Assembly (NCBI RefSeq): GCF_037392515.1
Contig: NC_090294.1
Span: forward strand, 14,411,038 to 14,475,037
DNA: 64,000 nucleotides
Source: Haliotis asinina
Lineage: Eukaryota
Direction of reading: 5' to 3'
The notes under the pieces are model-generated. The model was not told the DNA's origin, did no database searches, and saw only the letters and a program-made list of their open reading frames with translations. A program made the translations under genes and the position numbers. Position 1 is the stretch's first letter, and each line of letters opens with the position of its first letter. Positions 12,363-26,262 of the stretch are shown piece by piece.

Positions 12363-12612
12363 GTTTTTCATTCATGATTAATCCATACGGTGTTATTGCT
12401 GTTGACGTATGTTTTGATGTATGCTAGCACCGCGTCTAATCGTCTTTGTCAGTCAATCCCATCTATGCTATTCTTTTGACGTGTCATCGACACGTGTTCT
12501 AATGAAAATGTTTCCAAGGACGAATGGACCCTCAGGACAGCATGCCCGTCTTAAACATGTCCAGGATTGCGTGAATGATGATGACGTCGTGTCGCTCGTG
12601 CTATCAACCACA

Positions 12613-12779
12613 GGACGGTGGGGTAGCTTAGTGTTTGAAACGTTCGCTCGTGACGCCGAAGACCCGGGTTCTATTCCTCACATGATGATATCGCGTGAAG
12701 TCCATTTCTGGTGTCCCCCGATGTGATATTGCGGGAATATTGCTAGAAGCGGCAAAAACGTAAACTCACTCTCTCAGTG
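12613..12779 (+). repeat. tRNA-derived SINE, complete copy
   Basis: A-box-like ggggtagcttagtg and B-box gacccgggttctattcc. Then the conserved ccatttctggtgtcccccg...gatattgcggg/aatattgctag block and the tail aaactcactctctcagtg. The ORF at 12421-12726 is translation of this element. Confidence 0.7.
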
Positions 12780-13585
12780 TCAACCACAAGCGTAACTAAC
12801 CCAAACAATTCCAAACAAAACGGTGAAGAATATTCTCTTTTCTGAAGTTTCTAAACTGTATTTTTGCCGTTTAGGGGCATAAAAAAGAGTTTTTATTCAT
12901 GATATTTTCAGAACAATAGAGAACACATTTTATACACTTACATATGTTGGACACCACATGACACCACAATGCTGGCATACATATATGTTAATTGAGTAAA
13001 CTAAATAAAAATACTTATTGTTTTGTCAGCAACCTACCATACTATTTCGTATAAAATATGAACCTTTATCAAATACATACTTTAAATGAATGTGCGAATA
13101 TAAGTTTTGATATTCAAGAAAATAGGTCAACTATGTATAAATGTGTATGATGCAATTGCAAGCAATTGTGTAATAGCACAACAATCACAGACCACGGCGT
13201 AAAATAACATTTTGAAAACTTTCAGACACGCACATATTTTCGTCGAACAATATGGTTCATTACCATTAGTCCAGCTGGTCATGGAATATGGTAGTCTAAA
13301 ATTTATCCCATTTGAACCGTGTCAGAGCCAAGGAAACAGTACGATTAACCCAGAAAGCTGTTGCTTAATGATCATTCGTCGTCCTTGGCTTTTAAGGTCA
13401 GTCACGATATGGCTGCAATACTGCCGATGTGACGTTAAATGTTAACTCACTCACTTTAAAGGTCACGAACAGCCGGCGTGAAACCTACAAAATATTTATT
13501 TGCTTTCTGTTGTTGTTTTTTTTAAACCAGTCACCTCAAACGGGTTTTTTACATACTTAAAATCAACGGAACAAGAACATACCTC

Positions 13586-13964
13586 TCACGTGAACATGCC
13601 CCTCACATGAAGATGCCCCTCACATGAACATGCCCCTCACATGAACATGCTCCTCACATCAACATGGCCCTTACATGAACATGCCCCTCACATGAATATG
13701 CCCCTCACATGAACATGTCCCTCATATGAAAATGCCCCTCACATGAACATGACCCTTACATGAACATGCCCCTCACATGAACATGCTCCTCACATGAACA
13801 TGTCCCTTACAAGAACGTGCCCCTCACATGAACATGCCCCTCACATGAACATGGCCCTCACATGAACGTGCCCCTCACATGAACATGCCCCTCACATGAA
13901 CATGATCCTCACATGAACATGCCCCTCACATGAACATGTCCCTCACATGAACATGTCCCTCACA
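13586..13964. repeat. Tandem repeat, 17-bp unit (ctcacatgaacatgccc) x ~22
   Basis: Regular 17-bp periodicity with point variants. Each unit contains CACATG. Confidence 0.9.
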
Positions 13965-15218
13965 ATCATACGTTTTTCAAACTCCATTTCTTGGTCTCCA
14001 CCAAGCCCTAGATTTGGCGCAGGATTCATGTTATCTACATAAATGGCCCTTATATGGTTGTGCCACTGAATGTACATCCGTTAATGGATACATTTCGACC
14101 TGACACGACGATTCAATGAAACACCATGTAAAATATCAGATTCAGTCTCAGTTCCAATTTCACCAGATACTCATACCATATTGGCTTATGCTGAATCCGT
14201 TCCGAGATCTGGTAATTTGACTGAGAATTTGTACAGCCGCATACCCTACAAGTTGAAAGCCCTAATGAAACAGTATGCACAGGGGCCTTGATGCAAGGCC
14301 TGGCTGAGGCTCGTACATAGCCTGTCACAGCCAACAGAGGGTTCCTCAATGATACATCAATCAAGTAGACAGGTCCGGCCATTTTAATGGTTCTCTGCGA
14401 CTCCAGGAATCAAGTCGCAGTATGGGCCGTCATCGACGGTCTGTCGAGGTAATGCCAGAGCCATTGTTGGCCATGAGAGTTCATTTGCAGTCTATTAAGC
14501 CTTGCCCAGCTCTGCTGTGGACGGTGTGAACTCTGCCCTGATAGCATGACCTCCGCAATTTTCTGGTCGAGCACATTCATCATTTTTTTCAACAACAATG
14601 GAGCCGGAGGGTAGGCCAGGCTTGTCGGGATGCGGGTATTGTTAGGCTAACTGGGTGTCGACAAACACTGGTGTGGTTTCCTGAACACAAACAGTTGGCG
14701 TGTTTACTGTGTAGAACGGAAGCATATCTGACTGGCGTTTTGGTAAATGTGATGAGGGCTGCTGAAAGTAGATTTGTATGAGCAGATTTCAGATCATTTT
14801 GGAGATGAATAAGTAATGGCTTAGACATGTGAGCTTAATATGAAACATGATACATTCATATGAAAAAATAAATGTAGGCTAATGACAAAACAACGGTCCG
14901 TCTTTTGTTCCTCCTTTGTCGAAAGTATTGAATGGGTTACTTAATGATGTTTACGTATCAATAAAGCTTACTTGGGTTGATATCGGCTGATAATATTCTA
15001 ATCGTCGGCAGTGGGTGATAGTAATAGCATCACACTCGATGAATTACCATGGTAACTACCCATTCATCATAAGTGATTAAAACCTACTCCTTTCAGAAAA
15101 TATACTATATGGAACACCCCGAGTGTCAGTGTATATGAAATTACCTGATGCTGTTTTCTGCTCATCAGCTTCCGTGTACATGAGGTGGGAGCATATATCA
15201 GCAACACGTCTAACAGGT

Positions 15219-15392
15219 GGAAGGTGGGTAGCCTTGGGTAGGTGGTCAAAGCATTCGCTCGTCACAGAAAAGAGTCCAGGTTTGATTCCCCACACGGGTA
15301 CTGGGTGACTAGCCCATTCCCAGTGTCCGCCTCCGGATTATTGCTTGAATGTTCCTAAAATCAGCGTAAATTACGTTTCTCTCACTTTATCA
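15219..15392 (+). repeat. tRNA-derived SINE (subfamily with attgcttgaat...aaaatcagcgtaa tail)
   Basis: Head ggtgggtagccttgggtaggtggtcaaagcattcgctcgtcac and B-box ccaggtttgattcccc. The tail matches the 24601-24756 copy. Confidence 0.6.
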
Positions 15393-15535
15393 AACGTGTT
15401 TTTGTACATTTCGGTCATTCCGACTAACAGAGGTTACATACGGGTCAATATTTGATACGGATTATTGTCCAGGGGTGGATTTGTCCTTGTCGATGTTGTC
15501 GACCGAATATCGTATTTTGGATCGAGACGTATGTT

Positions 15536-15712
15536 AAGAGTGAGTGAGTAGGTGAGTGAGTTGGGGTTTACGCCGCTTTTAGAAATATACCAGCAATACC
15601 ACAGAAGGGGACACCAGAAATAGGTTCCACACACTGGACCATGGGAGAAATCGAACGCGGGTCTTCGACGAGACGAGCGAACGCATTGGCTGCTAGGCTA
15701 ACCCACCGCCCC
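15536..15712 (-). repeat. tRNA-derived SINE, complete copy
   Basis: The reverse complement gives a head with gcctagcagcc and gacccgcgttcgatttc, the core ctggtgtcccc and gtattgctggtatattt, and the tail gcggcgtaaaccccaactcactcacctactcactca. Confidence 0.7.
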
Positions 15713-16092
15713 CGCATGTTAAAACACTTCATAACTAAAAGAAAGAGCATTTGTGTACGCTGTTGTAATGTGACTATAATATTGGCATAAGGACTTGGTA
15801 GTTGTGTTAGAGAGAAGAGCTTCTGTACACCAATACTACCTTCTTCACATTTTTTTTATTAACGTTATCACCGATGTTTATGCCATGTGATGGCTATTGC
15901 GATGTTTTGCAAATCGAATGACTACTTTTTTGTGTTATTACTTCAAATGAAATTTAACACGGACACCAAGTCAAATTAATCCCCTTCCTGGAGTCGTGTA
16001 GTATTCTTATCAAATATTTAGTAGTATGAAGTATCACTGACGTAACCTGAGATGGAAGTAGTCAGATGTCACTTATAGGCCAATCATAATGA

Positions 16093-16566
16093 CACCAAAA
16101 CCTATGTCATTACAGAAGAAAACCTATGTCAATACAGAAGAAACCTGTGTCAATACAAAAGAAAACCTATGTCAATACAGAGGAAAATAAATGTCATAAG
16201 AGAAAACGTACGCCAATACAGAGGGAAAGCTGTGTTAATATAAAGGAAAACGTATGTCAATATAGAAGGAAATCTGTGTCAGTATAAAGGAAAACGTATG
16301 TCAATACACAAGACACCAATGTCAATACAGTGTAAATCTATTTCATAAGAAAATAAAACGCATGTCAATTCAGGAGAAAACCAATGTCAATGCGGTAGAA
16401 AACGATACGGTGGAAAACCTATGTCATTACAGAAGAAAACCAATGTCGTTAGAAAAGAAAACGTATTCAACACAGAATAAAACCACGTCACTGGAGAAGA
16501 AAACCACGTCACTGGAGAAGAAAACCATGTCACTGCAGAAGAAAACCTATGTCATTACAGAAGAAT
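16093..16566. repeat. Tandem repeat, ~22-bp unit (agaagaaaacctatgtcaatac) x ~21
   Basis: A 22-23-bp period throughout. The ORF at 16362-16664 (KKTTSLEKKTTSLEKK...) is repeat translation. Confidence 0.9.
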
Positions 16567-18128
16567 ATTTACGTGGATCAAAACACTCTTGGGGTGAGAA
16601 AAGGTTGATTGCAAAATTAGGAATTCGCTTCTACAAGACCAAACCTTTGTCTCATATTGCCTAATAAATGATATATTTGAATTCATGCAGAAGTAGGTTT
16701 GCTGATTACACAAAAATAGGGTTTATAGGCCAGTTTCACAACGGAGCTTGAAATAACTCTAATCAAACCTACTGGCGAAGTGACACGCGAAGCTGGTTCT
16801 TTTGTTGCTGCATCAGCAACGGGTCACTGGTTTCCCACCATCTCCTAATACATAACCATGGAGGCTGATCTCGAAGCAGGGTCTCCGCTATATGCTCATG
16901 CATAATAGACGACATTATCTGATGCACGATCTCCGTCAGCCTTGCTTTCAGTGTCTATGTGGCTGTCTAAGTAAGATATATGAGATTGTGACCAGGTAAT
17001 GGCGATATTTCATCGAGGCAAAATGGAAAATAATTCCTTCCTTTGTGTTTTCACCATGTATTATTTAGTGCTGTTTTTTTCGTCGTGGATATTGTAGAGA
17101 CAACTGTGGTGAACATTTGAAATTTGATATTGACGTAATAATGACGTTGATTGTTTATTTGGGAAAGTTTGTTCTTGTCAACATACGTGTTTCTTTTGTT
17201 TGGTTGAACTTTTTCATTTTAAAGCATACTCCGCAATGGGGTATGGGTGATTCTGGGACTGTTATGTTGTTCAGAATCGACATCAGCTGGCACCCCTTGG
17301 CCCCGATACACGCAGCCTTGACAGAGAATAGGACTCCCGATAATGCGCTGTCGGACTAACAAGGTCTTTCTGAACATTGTGAAGACTCCCTGTCAGTGTA
17401 GCCTTCCGTTTTAGCAAGACTGTCTGAAGCGCTGTGTTGCTAGCAGCAAACTCCGGAATTCTCCTTGCAGTACAAAGTCGACTGGACTTGACAGGGAAAT
17501 TCATGACTTCCAGAACGTCATGGAATTCCAAAATATTCAACACGTGACCAAAACAGTATTTCACTCTCGACGCTAAAATGGTACCTGGCCAAACCTAAGC
17601 AATCCCGACATGTGGTTATTCCTGGATTACCAGAAAAATGGGGTTGAAATATACCATCCTACCCAATGTTCAGCTTAGACACACCAGAAGTTCGAATTTC
17701 GACGTAGCCACCAAGTTGCAATGACACAAAAGGGGAAAGCTATTAAGTCAAAACAAAGCATGGTGAAAGTAGGCGATAAAGCTGATAGTGTAATATAGTT
17801 TATGAACAAGAAAGTCCTACTGAACTATGCCGAAGTGGGGCGATATGTGTCGACCGAGAGACTGTGAAGATACAGTGGTTACTGGACAGTGATGACCCTT
17901 GCTGTTCGACATAGGGACATATCCCAATAACAGTCAGAAGATTGTCAGCAGCCAATGACAACAATGAAGACCCGGACAACTTTGCACATGAGATGATAAA
18001 CGTGTGACATTTCGGAAGCAAGGTCCCCATATTTGTCGTGTTGTTTTCTGAATCGTGTCAGTTTTAATTGTTTGTTGGGATTTATCTTTTGTTGTTGTTG
18101 TTTTCGTTTTGCTTAACTTTTAATATTC

Positions 18129-18293
18129 CAGTTATATGGCTGCGGTCTGTAAGTAATCGAATGTGGACCAGACAATCCAGTGATCAACATCACGAGAATC
18201 ACTCTCCGCAAATGGGAGGCGATGACATGCCAGCGATCCTGACCATCCAACCCCGTTAGTCGCCTCATGGGTTCTGAAGATAAATTCTAACCG
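18129..18293 (-). repeat. SINE-like interspersed repeat (core-sharing subfamily), copy e
   Basis: ccagttatatggctgcggtctgtaagtaatcgaatgtggaccagacaatccagtgatcaacatcacgag...gatgacatgccagcgatcctgaccatcc...cgttagtcgcctcatgggttctgaagataaattctaaccgg aligns with 640-845. Confidence 0.6.
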
Positions 18294-20220
18294 GCTTCTT
18301 CATGGGTTAAACCTCATTAGTAGTACAGGAACTTCGGTAAAATACACGATTTTCAGACATGGATCGTTTTGTTATTATGGACAGGACATTATTTTCTCGT
18401 AATGTATATATTAATATTGGCATCATTGTCACCATCTTCTTAATGGAAATGTCATCAAAGTTGTACTAGTATCAGTAGTCTTCATCACTTTGTATGGTTT
18501 GACAGGGTAAGGTAGTAGTTAAGTGTTAGTTCGTCACGCCGAGGGCCACGGATTGGTTCTGAACACGGGTATAACCTCACCACTGATACCAGCAGACGTG
18601 ATAGTGTCGCGATAATGCTGAACGTGGTGGCGTACGTGAAAATATAGCATTGCACATTTAAGTGGTAGCGTTGTTAGGGTATAATGAAAACAACAAAACA
18701 TCAACAAATGAACAAACAATGTTATTGCTCTTAGAGATGCAGGTTTTGGGGAAACGGGGTGCTCACTCTTGAGAAAAAATAGGAGGGTGGGGGGTATCAT
18801 GTTTCATTTTCACGAGAGTTTCAATGGTTATTTAAAACAAATTCAGGCCAAACGAGGCGTGAGCACCTCTGCACGGAATATTGTCATTTGAACAGCTCAT
18901 TGTAATGACGTTCGGCCGTTCTGAACCAGACTAATAGGATGCTTCAACCAGACAAAGAACCGAATGACCGTGAGCAAGATGACCATGACTTGTGTAACCA
19001 GATGTCCGCAGTGACGTCATCAACATCACCAGTATTGGTTGGGTCACTGCATCATCAGATTACAGCGTGCTTCGGCATCAGGCCCATTTCGGGACATGTC
19101 ATGAACCCGTGAACATGAACTGAGACGTCTACGTTGTACGAGGAAGGTGAGGTGCTTGCAACGTCGCAACCGGATGCTATCTTGTTTAGAGAATAATCCA
19201 AAAGCATCTCGTATGTAGTTTAGTTTACTCCTCTGTTTATACTCCTAATGTCACACGATTATTTCCAAGAAAACCAGTGTTTAACCTTGTGGATCACGAT
19301 CAAACGTAGGTCAGTATCAAGGAAGATTCAATGTATTGTGATAATGTTTAAACAGGGTTTATAATTAGAAAAGAGTTCAGTAGGTTCAAGGAATGGCATG
19401 AGCAACAAGTAGCATTCATAAAATGTTACTTTAAGACTATTGTCACGCTTTGTCAGAGTCTTGAGTTTCTATCGTCATTAACGACGCAGAAATCACGTTT
19501 ACATTGACAAAGTTTCTAAAGACACAGAAATCATGGTAACATTGACAAAGTTTCTATCGCCGCCCCAACGCCTTGCCATAACAACTCTCAAAACGTTGGG
19601 CATCCTTTCCAAGCAAGGATGAGTTTCACAGCAAAATGAAATTACTTTTAAAAAATACAAGAGGAGGATTTTGTGAAAGATTTTATCTGTACATATTCTA
19701 TTTTGATGAGAACAGTGAGCAGGTAAATGCATCAGTCAGATTCTTGTGAATGTTTTAGCCATATTGCATGGGCATGAGTTCCACCATTAACTATCTGAAT
19801 GAAGATAAGATTCCTACGTTCACACACACATCACTAAACCATAGCCAAAGCAATTATTCCAAACCTTTACCCCGTCTGTCAGAATCCACTTCCACTATCA
19901 GTTTATGGCATAGAATTTTCCTCTTTTCGCTTCATCCTGGTATTTGCTATACCACGTTTTTACGCAAAGTTATTTAATTTATAGTTTTCATAATTCGTTA
20001 TTGTGATTTAGATGGGTCTATCAATGCATGTATGCATGCAAGATTTATAACCTGACAGAATCTGGAACTGTAAATGGTTTAACACCTCATAACAGATGTG
20101 TTTTTTATAACGAGCAAAAGTGAAGGCGCTTTCATGTAACTGGTTCAGTGCTGTATTCACCGTAAACCGCCCAGTGACTGATTGTTCGAAATGTTTGTGA
20201 AAAGTATTAAAGTATGTATA

Positions 20221-20392
20221 ATTTGGTTTGTTTGTTTGTTGGTTTGGTTCTTGGTTGGCTGGTTGGTTCGTTCGTTCGTTTGCTTGCTTGCAGGATTGCT
20301 GGATGGCTGGATGACTGGATGGATGATGATCTGGTTGGTTGGCTAGCTGCCTAGTTGGTTGGTTGGTTGGCAGGTTGATTGGTTGATTTCAT
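20221..20392. repeat. Low-complexity (GGTT)/(GTTC)-rich tract
   Basis: tttggtttgtttgtttgttggtttggttcttggttggctggttggttcgttcgttcgtttgcttgc... Confidence 0.8.
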
Positions 20393-21184
20393 TCTTAGTT
20401 AAGCTTCCAAGGCGTTTTATGGTAGACATGTGGAGGTAAGTTCCAAATTTGATGCATCAATGAAGAGAATGATGCAAGATGCAATCTCCTGTTTTGACTT
20501 ACAATTTACGTTCCCCATTTGTATCATAAACACTTTGCATGTGTTTATGACAAGTTCCACTGATGTGGCAGGATATGCTCACCTTTTCGCCAGCACCTGG
20601 TATCCTGTAATAACATGCTCAGTCATCATATTGTATAGTAACAATCAGTGGATTGTCAGGTCCTGACTCGAAATGATTACAAAGATCGTACAGATGTCAT
20701 ACAGATGCAAATATGTACTCACTAAAAACATGACATAATCACAATTTTACAATCGACTTTCCTTTTAATATAGATTTCTTAAGAATGCTGAGAGGGTTTT
20801 CTGGCCTTTATGTCATTCCTAGTAAGATAAATCAACACTGCCCAAAGAAATGAATAATCGAGTCTAGAGCAGACAATTCAGTGATCACTATTGAGACCAA
20901 CGATCCACTCCGCCAGGGGATGCGCGGACACGGTGTCAACCAAGTTCTCGAATCTAACCAGCTGATGCGTCTCTTTTCATCGGATGGGGCATTTTCTTAC
21001 ATTAAGGAACCGGTACGGACGTTTTTGTAAGAAATACATATGTATGTACCGTGTGTATATTTTCGTTGATTTTCGCTAATCCATATTTGTTACGGCTCAT
21101 TAAATGTAGCATTACCCTGTAAGGGTGTGTTATATGTAGTGTATTTGGAGATTATGTACGTCCATCAGTATTAAAGCGTGAAGG

Positions 21185-21322
21185 TTTACACATGTCATCG
21201 TATCCACTTGCGCAGATAGATACTCATGCTGTTGGTCACTGGATTATCTGGTCCGGACTCGATTATTTATAGACCCCAATATAGATGGAATAAAAACTAA
21301 CTCACTCACTACAAACATGTGA
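21185..21322 (+). repeat. SINE-like interspersed repeat (core-sharing subfamily), copy f, with (ACTCA) tail
   Basis: Core acatgtcatcgtatcc...gatactcatgctgttggtcactggattatctggtccggactcgattatttatagacc, then tail aataaaaactaactcactcactac. Confidence 0.6.
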
Positions 21323-22639
21323 TGTGTTTCGAAATAAGTACCTGCACTTGTAACGGTCGGTAGATCGTTGACATTGTGTGACGTTGCGATTGGGCTCTTC
21401 ACTCTGAGAGCATCGATTCGAATCGCAAATGTTCCGAAACCCCCAAAACTATTGAACCTGTACCACTGAGAAAGTGTAATTCAATGTGGACAATGCATGT
21501 AACATTTACTTAAACTTGTTTGCTGAAACGGCGCAAGCCTTTAACGGACGTCATCTGTTATTCTGTCCGTAATTCTAACCTTCATTTATCATCTAGATCA
21601 GATATACTGATATCCTTACAACAGTTCACATTAATGTGCTTCTTGAGTCACGTGACCCTACTCACTCTCCTAGGAAAGATGGAAAACCCGTAAGATGATA
21701 ACACATCACAGATCGTAAGATAGCCATCTTGTTTCTTAACCGACTCTATGTTCTGTCCGTACTGTTTCTCAGTCCTTCGTACAGCAGTTATATAACAGTA
21801 TTAATACTTCTTCTCGACAAGGTTCTTACCGGCATCAACAGCTAGTAAAACATCTAGCGTGATACATATTCAAGCTGCACACAAACGTTGTTTCTTTCAT
21901 GGGCAGAGATTATAATACGAGTAGGAATCTTTCAGGGCCATGGTGTTTTGTTACTCTGCGTGAATATGATCACTCTGGTATTCTCGAATGTGTTTTGTTG
22001 CCTCAAATAAGGATCTATTTTCAATGTAATTATTACCATTTGTTAGTTCATCATTTTAAAAATCATTTGGAACCTGATATTACATATGATACTGAACAAA
22101 TTTTGAAACGTCAACACAGCAAAATGTTAAAATTAGTTCTTAATGCATATGTAATCTTTTATCAATGTGACATCTTACGTTACGTATTCTATACCACTAA
22201 ACTTAGATATGCTCACCTTTTCTTGGAGTGAATTAGTGAGTATGGTTTAAAGCCACATATAGCGATAATAGAGCAACATCACGGCGGGAACATCCGAAAT
22301 TGGCATTCACACTTTGTACCCATGTGAGAAATTTAACCCGATTCTTCAGGTTGACGAGCGCTGTAACCATTAGGCCATCCTGCGTTCAATCACGAAGGGA
22401 ATTGTTTCTTGGTGAAAGGTTATACATGTTGTACTCTTTCTGTAGTAGTCGATAGTGGCCCTCTAACAACAGGGCTGCCTTTATTAGATACACGTATTCG
22501 TTTCGGTGTGGTACCCTGAAAGAACACGTACGCCTTTATCAGAATCGGTTCAGTGTAGACCAAATGTCTGTCTTTGCGATCATGTAAGGTGGTGCATTTC
22601 TGCACTGATGTATCATCATCCATCATTACAGCATGTGTG

Positions 22640-22856
22640 GTTCACCATCCGTACATCCGTACATCCGTAATATATTAGGCTTTTGCAGAGAGTACATGAG
22701 TGTAGTTTTATGCCGTTATAGCAACATACCAGCAATATCACGACGGCCGGGGGACACCAGAACTGATCATCGCACATTGTACCTATGTGGGGAATCGAAC
22801 CCGGGTCATCGTCGTGACGAGCGAGCGCTTTAACCACTAGACTACCACACTATTCC
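22640..22856 (-). repeat. tRNA-derived SINE, complete copy
   Basis: The reverse complement reads ggtagtctagtggttaaagcgctcgctcgtcacgacgatgacccgggttcgattcccc...gttctggtgtcccccggccgtcgtgatattgctggtatgttgc...aaaactacactcatgtactctctg. The ORFs at 22616-22837 are repeat translation. Confidence 0.75.
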
Positions 22857-23835
22857 TTAAGCTGTACATGCACCACTAATTACAGTGTCCTGCTAGTCAC
22901 TGTTTACATCGCTATGACTATAGTAGTATGAATTATAGTAGTGAAAAAGTGATTATGGTGATAGAGGCGTGTGACTGTAGATCCAGAACAATTCACTACG
23001 TAAGTCTAATGCCGATACTCAATTCTACCTATGAACATGCTCTATTCATGTCAGTGCTAATGGCGAATCCACAGATCAAGCATTTGATACATTCTGAGGG
23101 AAAAAGTAAAAGGAGTTCCTATATATTTTCCAAGGTTTCTTCACAGGCTGTGTATCGAATACCTTGTGAAGGAACCTGGAAATAAGTAAGGGAACACTTG
23201 TGCTTCCTTGTGATCCCTTATTTTCCCCTCGGTATACACAGATGTTGTGGAGCTAAGTATTATTATTTCACGTAAGTCTGATTACAGACTGTATGATCAC
23301 AGCATTGTTTCAACGTGATATTCTGTTCAGCTTGTCATGGAGACGAATATTTAGATATTCTGGCTTAATTAAGGCGGATATTCACTACCGTGTTGATGAG
23401 TGATGAACACAAATTAGATGTTCGATTGAAAAATATTTCAGTGTCTAGTGCAGGTGAGAATATGTATATCATAAATAATATTTTTCATTGAATCACACAT
23501 TTCAAACTCAAGGCATGGTGAGGGGTGGTTTTAGATTAGTAAATAGGCTATCACACTGTTCCTCAATGTGCGGAAGGCTGATATTTGACATATGTGTGTC
23601 ATGAAGATTTATCAGTTGCCACTTATAACACCCGGATATACACGGTTAGAATCAATTTTGAAACATTGTTCATTACACGGAGACTATCGTGTCTTTACGG
23701 TCTTCTGGTGGGGTTAGTCGGATGACTAGGTATAGTGTGGTCACAGATTTTGAAAGGTAAAAGAATCGCCTCCCTTTAGGATACATACCACGTTAGAATT
23801 ACCCAGCCTGCGCATGTGTTTATGATGTTTTTAAA

Positions 23836-24260
23836 AGAGGGCCATGCTTGGCGTTGTACTGTCATGTGGGTTGTATATGCACAAGCCGTTACAGAAACAG
23901 ACAGGATTCCATATACTGTACATCCTGTTGTGGTACCACTGTATACATATGGCCATTGAAAACGAGAGTCATGGTTGGCGTTGTACTGTCGAAGTGGTTG
24001 TATGTGCACAAGCCGTTATAGGAATCGACTGAATTCCATATACTGCACAACCGCTAGTGGTATTTGTATGCACAAACCGTTGTAAACGAGGGCCATGGTT
24101 GGCGTTGTATTGTCGTGTGAGTTGTATGTGCACAAGCTGTTATAGGCACAGACACAATTCCATATACTATACAGCCCGGTAGTTGTATTATCGTACACAC
24201 CTGACCGTTGTAAACGTAGGCCATGACTGCAGTTCTAGCTGGTTGTATTCACATCGTGTA
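23836..24260. repeat. Tandem repeat, ~118-bp unit x ~3.5
   Basis: The unit gagggccatggttggcgttgtactgtcgtgtgggttgtatgtgcacaagccgttataggaacagacagaattccatatactgtacaacccg... restarts at about 23836, 23958, 24083 and 24213. Confidence 0.8.
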
Positions 24261-24600
24261 TAGTACTGAATCAAGTAGTTACATGGGTGATGTTACAGAC
24301 AATAAATGGGGATTAGTAGAACTGTATGAAAGTGTGTGCAACTTTAGTGTTGTATGAAGTATCTACACAGATATACACTGAATGCTGTCAAGGATTATAG
24401 TTTTTGAGTTACGGTATGAAATAACGTTCTTAGTCCCTACTACAAATATTGTCCCTTTTTGTCCAGTGTCGTTTTGGTGCCATGTTCTCAGTATGTTTGA
24501 AGGTCACGACATAATATTTTCTGCATGCAAGATAGCGTAGCTCAAGCAGAGGACCTTCTGCAATAGAGCCTTAATAGGCTCGGTAATACTTTCTACAGAG

Positions 24601-24756
24601 TGGATGAGTGCATTACGCTGATTTTAGCGATATTCAAGCAATGGTACAGTGGTAAACACCAGATTTTGACATATTCCACCATGTGGGGACTCGAACCCGG
24701 ATCTTCGGCGTTACGAGCGAACGCTCTTACCACTAGGCTATCCCACAGTCACCCCA
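24601..24756 (-). repeat. tRNA-derived SINE (same subfamily as 15219-15392)
   Basis: The reverse complement reads gggatagcctagtggtaagagcgttcgctcgtaacgccgaagatccgggttcgagtcccc...ctggtgtttaccactgtaccattgcttgaatatcgctaaaatcagcgtaatgcactca. Confidence 0.7.
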
Positions 24757-25219
24757 GGTCGTACACATCTAAAATGTGGATACGTTGTGTTTCGATTGAC
24801 ACTATGCTTATTCGAAACCTTTGTTTACCTATTCATCTAACTTTCAAGTGTCTTCTTCCGTATGTGAAAAACGTCTAGTCTGCTTCAACTGCTTCAAATT
24901 GACATAAAACGTAAATTGCATAAAATGATACAACAATGGAGGTGACCTTTACTGGTACAGCAGGTTTCTAGGACACCAGGAATAACATCAAGCAGATATG
25001 GAAGAAAAACATTTTAATCATAATCAAACTTTCAATATAAAAACAATATTTTCAGTAATAAATAGTACTTTGACAGAATGATTTGGTTAAATGAAAGAAC
25101 GCACGCGAGATAGTAGAGTATGCTTTGTGATACAGCATCCCGCGTGCGCTGTGCAAGGAAAGATCGGAACCCATACTATGGTCAAACTGTGATGTTGCAG
25201 AGATCATTTGAACAGCAAT

Positions 25220-25293
25220 GACTAGAATAGACACGGCGGGACTAGAATAGGCATGGTGTGACTAGATCAGACATGTCGCGACTAGAACCATGC
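25220..25293. repeat. Short tandem repeat, ~20-bp unit (gactagaatagacacggcgg) x ~4
   Basis: gactagaatagacacggcgggactagaataggcatggtgtgactagatcagacatgtcgcgactagaacc. Confidence 0.7.
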
Positions 25294-26189
25294 AAAACTA
25301 TCGAGCGAATCAGACGCCAATGTCAAAGAAATATTGCCGGCAAAATCAACTAGATTGACTAGAAAATGACTAGAAGTCGGTGGATATTCCGAGAAAAGGA
25401 GAAATTCTTTCGCAGAGAATAAACTTAAAGTGAGGAGGTATGTTTTAAAAATGTACAAAAATAAAACCTACATTGATAAGGTGTCTTTCCACAGCCCTTG
25501 TAATACTTTTTGAGTATTGTATACAGTATGCAGTTAAGTACATAAGAACAGGCGATACTCTATTATGAGATCAAAATGCAATAAGATACGATGTAACATA
25601 ACCACGTAAGACTTGACACTCAATATACAGAATCCATGCCTCCAGCACTTCGGTTTCACCTGAGAAGGGACTTCGGGGTAGGGGACATTAATATCCATAA
25701 ATTATTCGTTAAATGATTATTTTTGCAAGACTTATATATAAAGTATTGTGGCAACAATATGAAACGTGAGAGCAGGGTAAGCATTGGTGGTTCACTCTTT
25801 GAGAGCATTAATGCTGCCTTATTATGCATACATGTATTTTCGTCGGTTTATTCGGGGTTTCGTAGCGACAAATTTATTTTGTGAAATTACTGATTTCGAA
25901 TGCTGAATTTATTTTAATCGTTATATGTACAATTACATATGTGCTCAAATGTCCCCTTCTGTTTTACTCGCTACGAATAAATAAATCTACATCACGCAAG
26001 AACACATCGCAAAACAATTACAATCAGAAACAAAGACACGTGACTGAAGGGTAACGTAAAGACCAACAAAAATAATCTCTTGGGTTTTATGTCATTTGGT
26101 GAGCAAAATGTCCACTGAGCTTTGGGACTAGGAAATGAGTATTTACAATGAGAAAGGGTTACCCTCAGGTATATTTCCCACGAGGCAGG

Positions 26190-26262
26190 GTTATCTCCCA
26201 TGAGACAAAGTTATCTCCCTTGAGACAAAGTTATCTCCCATGAGACAAGTTATCTCCCTTGG
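26190..26262. repeat. Short tandem repeat, ~21-bp unit (gagacaaagttatctcccatga) x ~4
   Basis: gttatctcccatgagacaaagttatctcccttgagacaaagttatctcccatgagacaagttatctccctt. Confidence 0.75.

Noticed and set aside
12421-12726. 101-aa ORF, and similar ORFs at 15568-15750, 22616-22837 and 24600-24878
   Set aside because: Each overlaps a tRNA-derived SINE copy and shares the peptide ...DPGSIPH...FWCPP... encoded by the conserved B-box and core. These are repeat-derived, not genes.
13586-16566. Regular direct-repeat arrays considered as CRISPR-like
   Set aside because: They are perfect head-to-tail tandem repeats with no unique spacers. The context is eukaryotic and no cas genes are present.
16362-16664. 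100-aa ORF with KKTTSLEKKTTSLEKK repeats
   Set aside because: It is a translation of the 22-bp tandem repeat. The same applies to 11437-11644 (MYVCMYVC..., the ATGT microsatellite), 54310-54534 (poly-V/Y, the AGT array) and 58979-59332 (poly-T, the ACT array).
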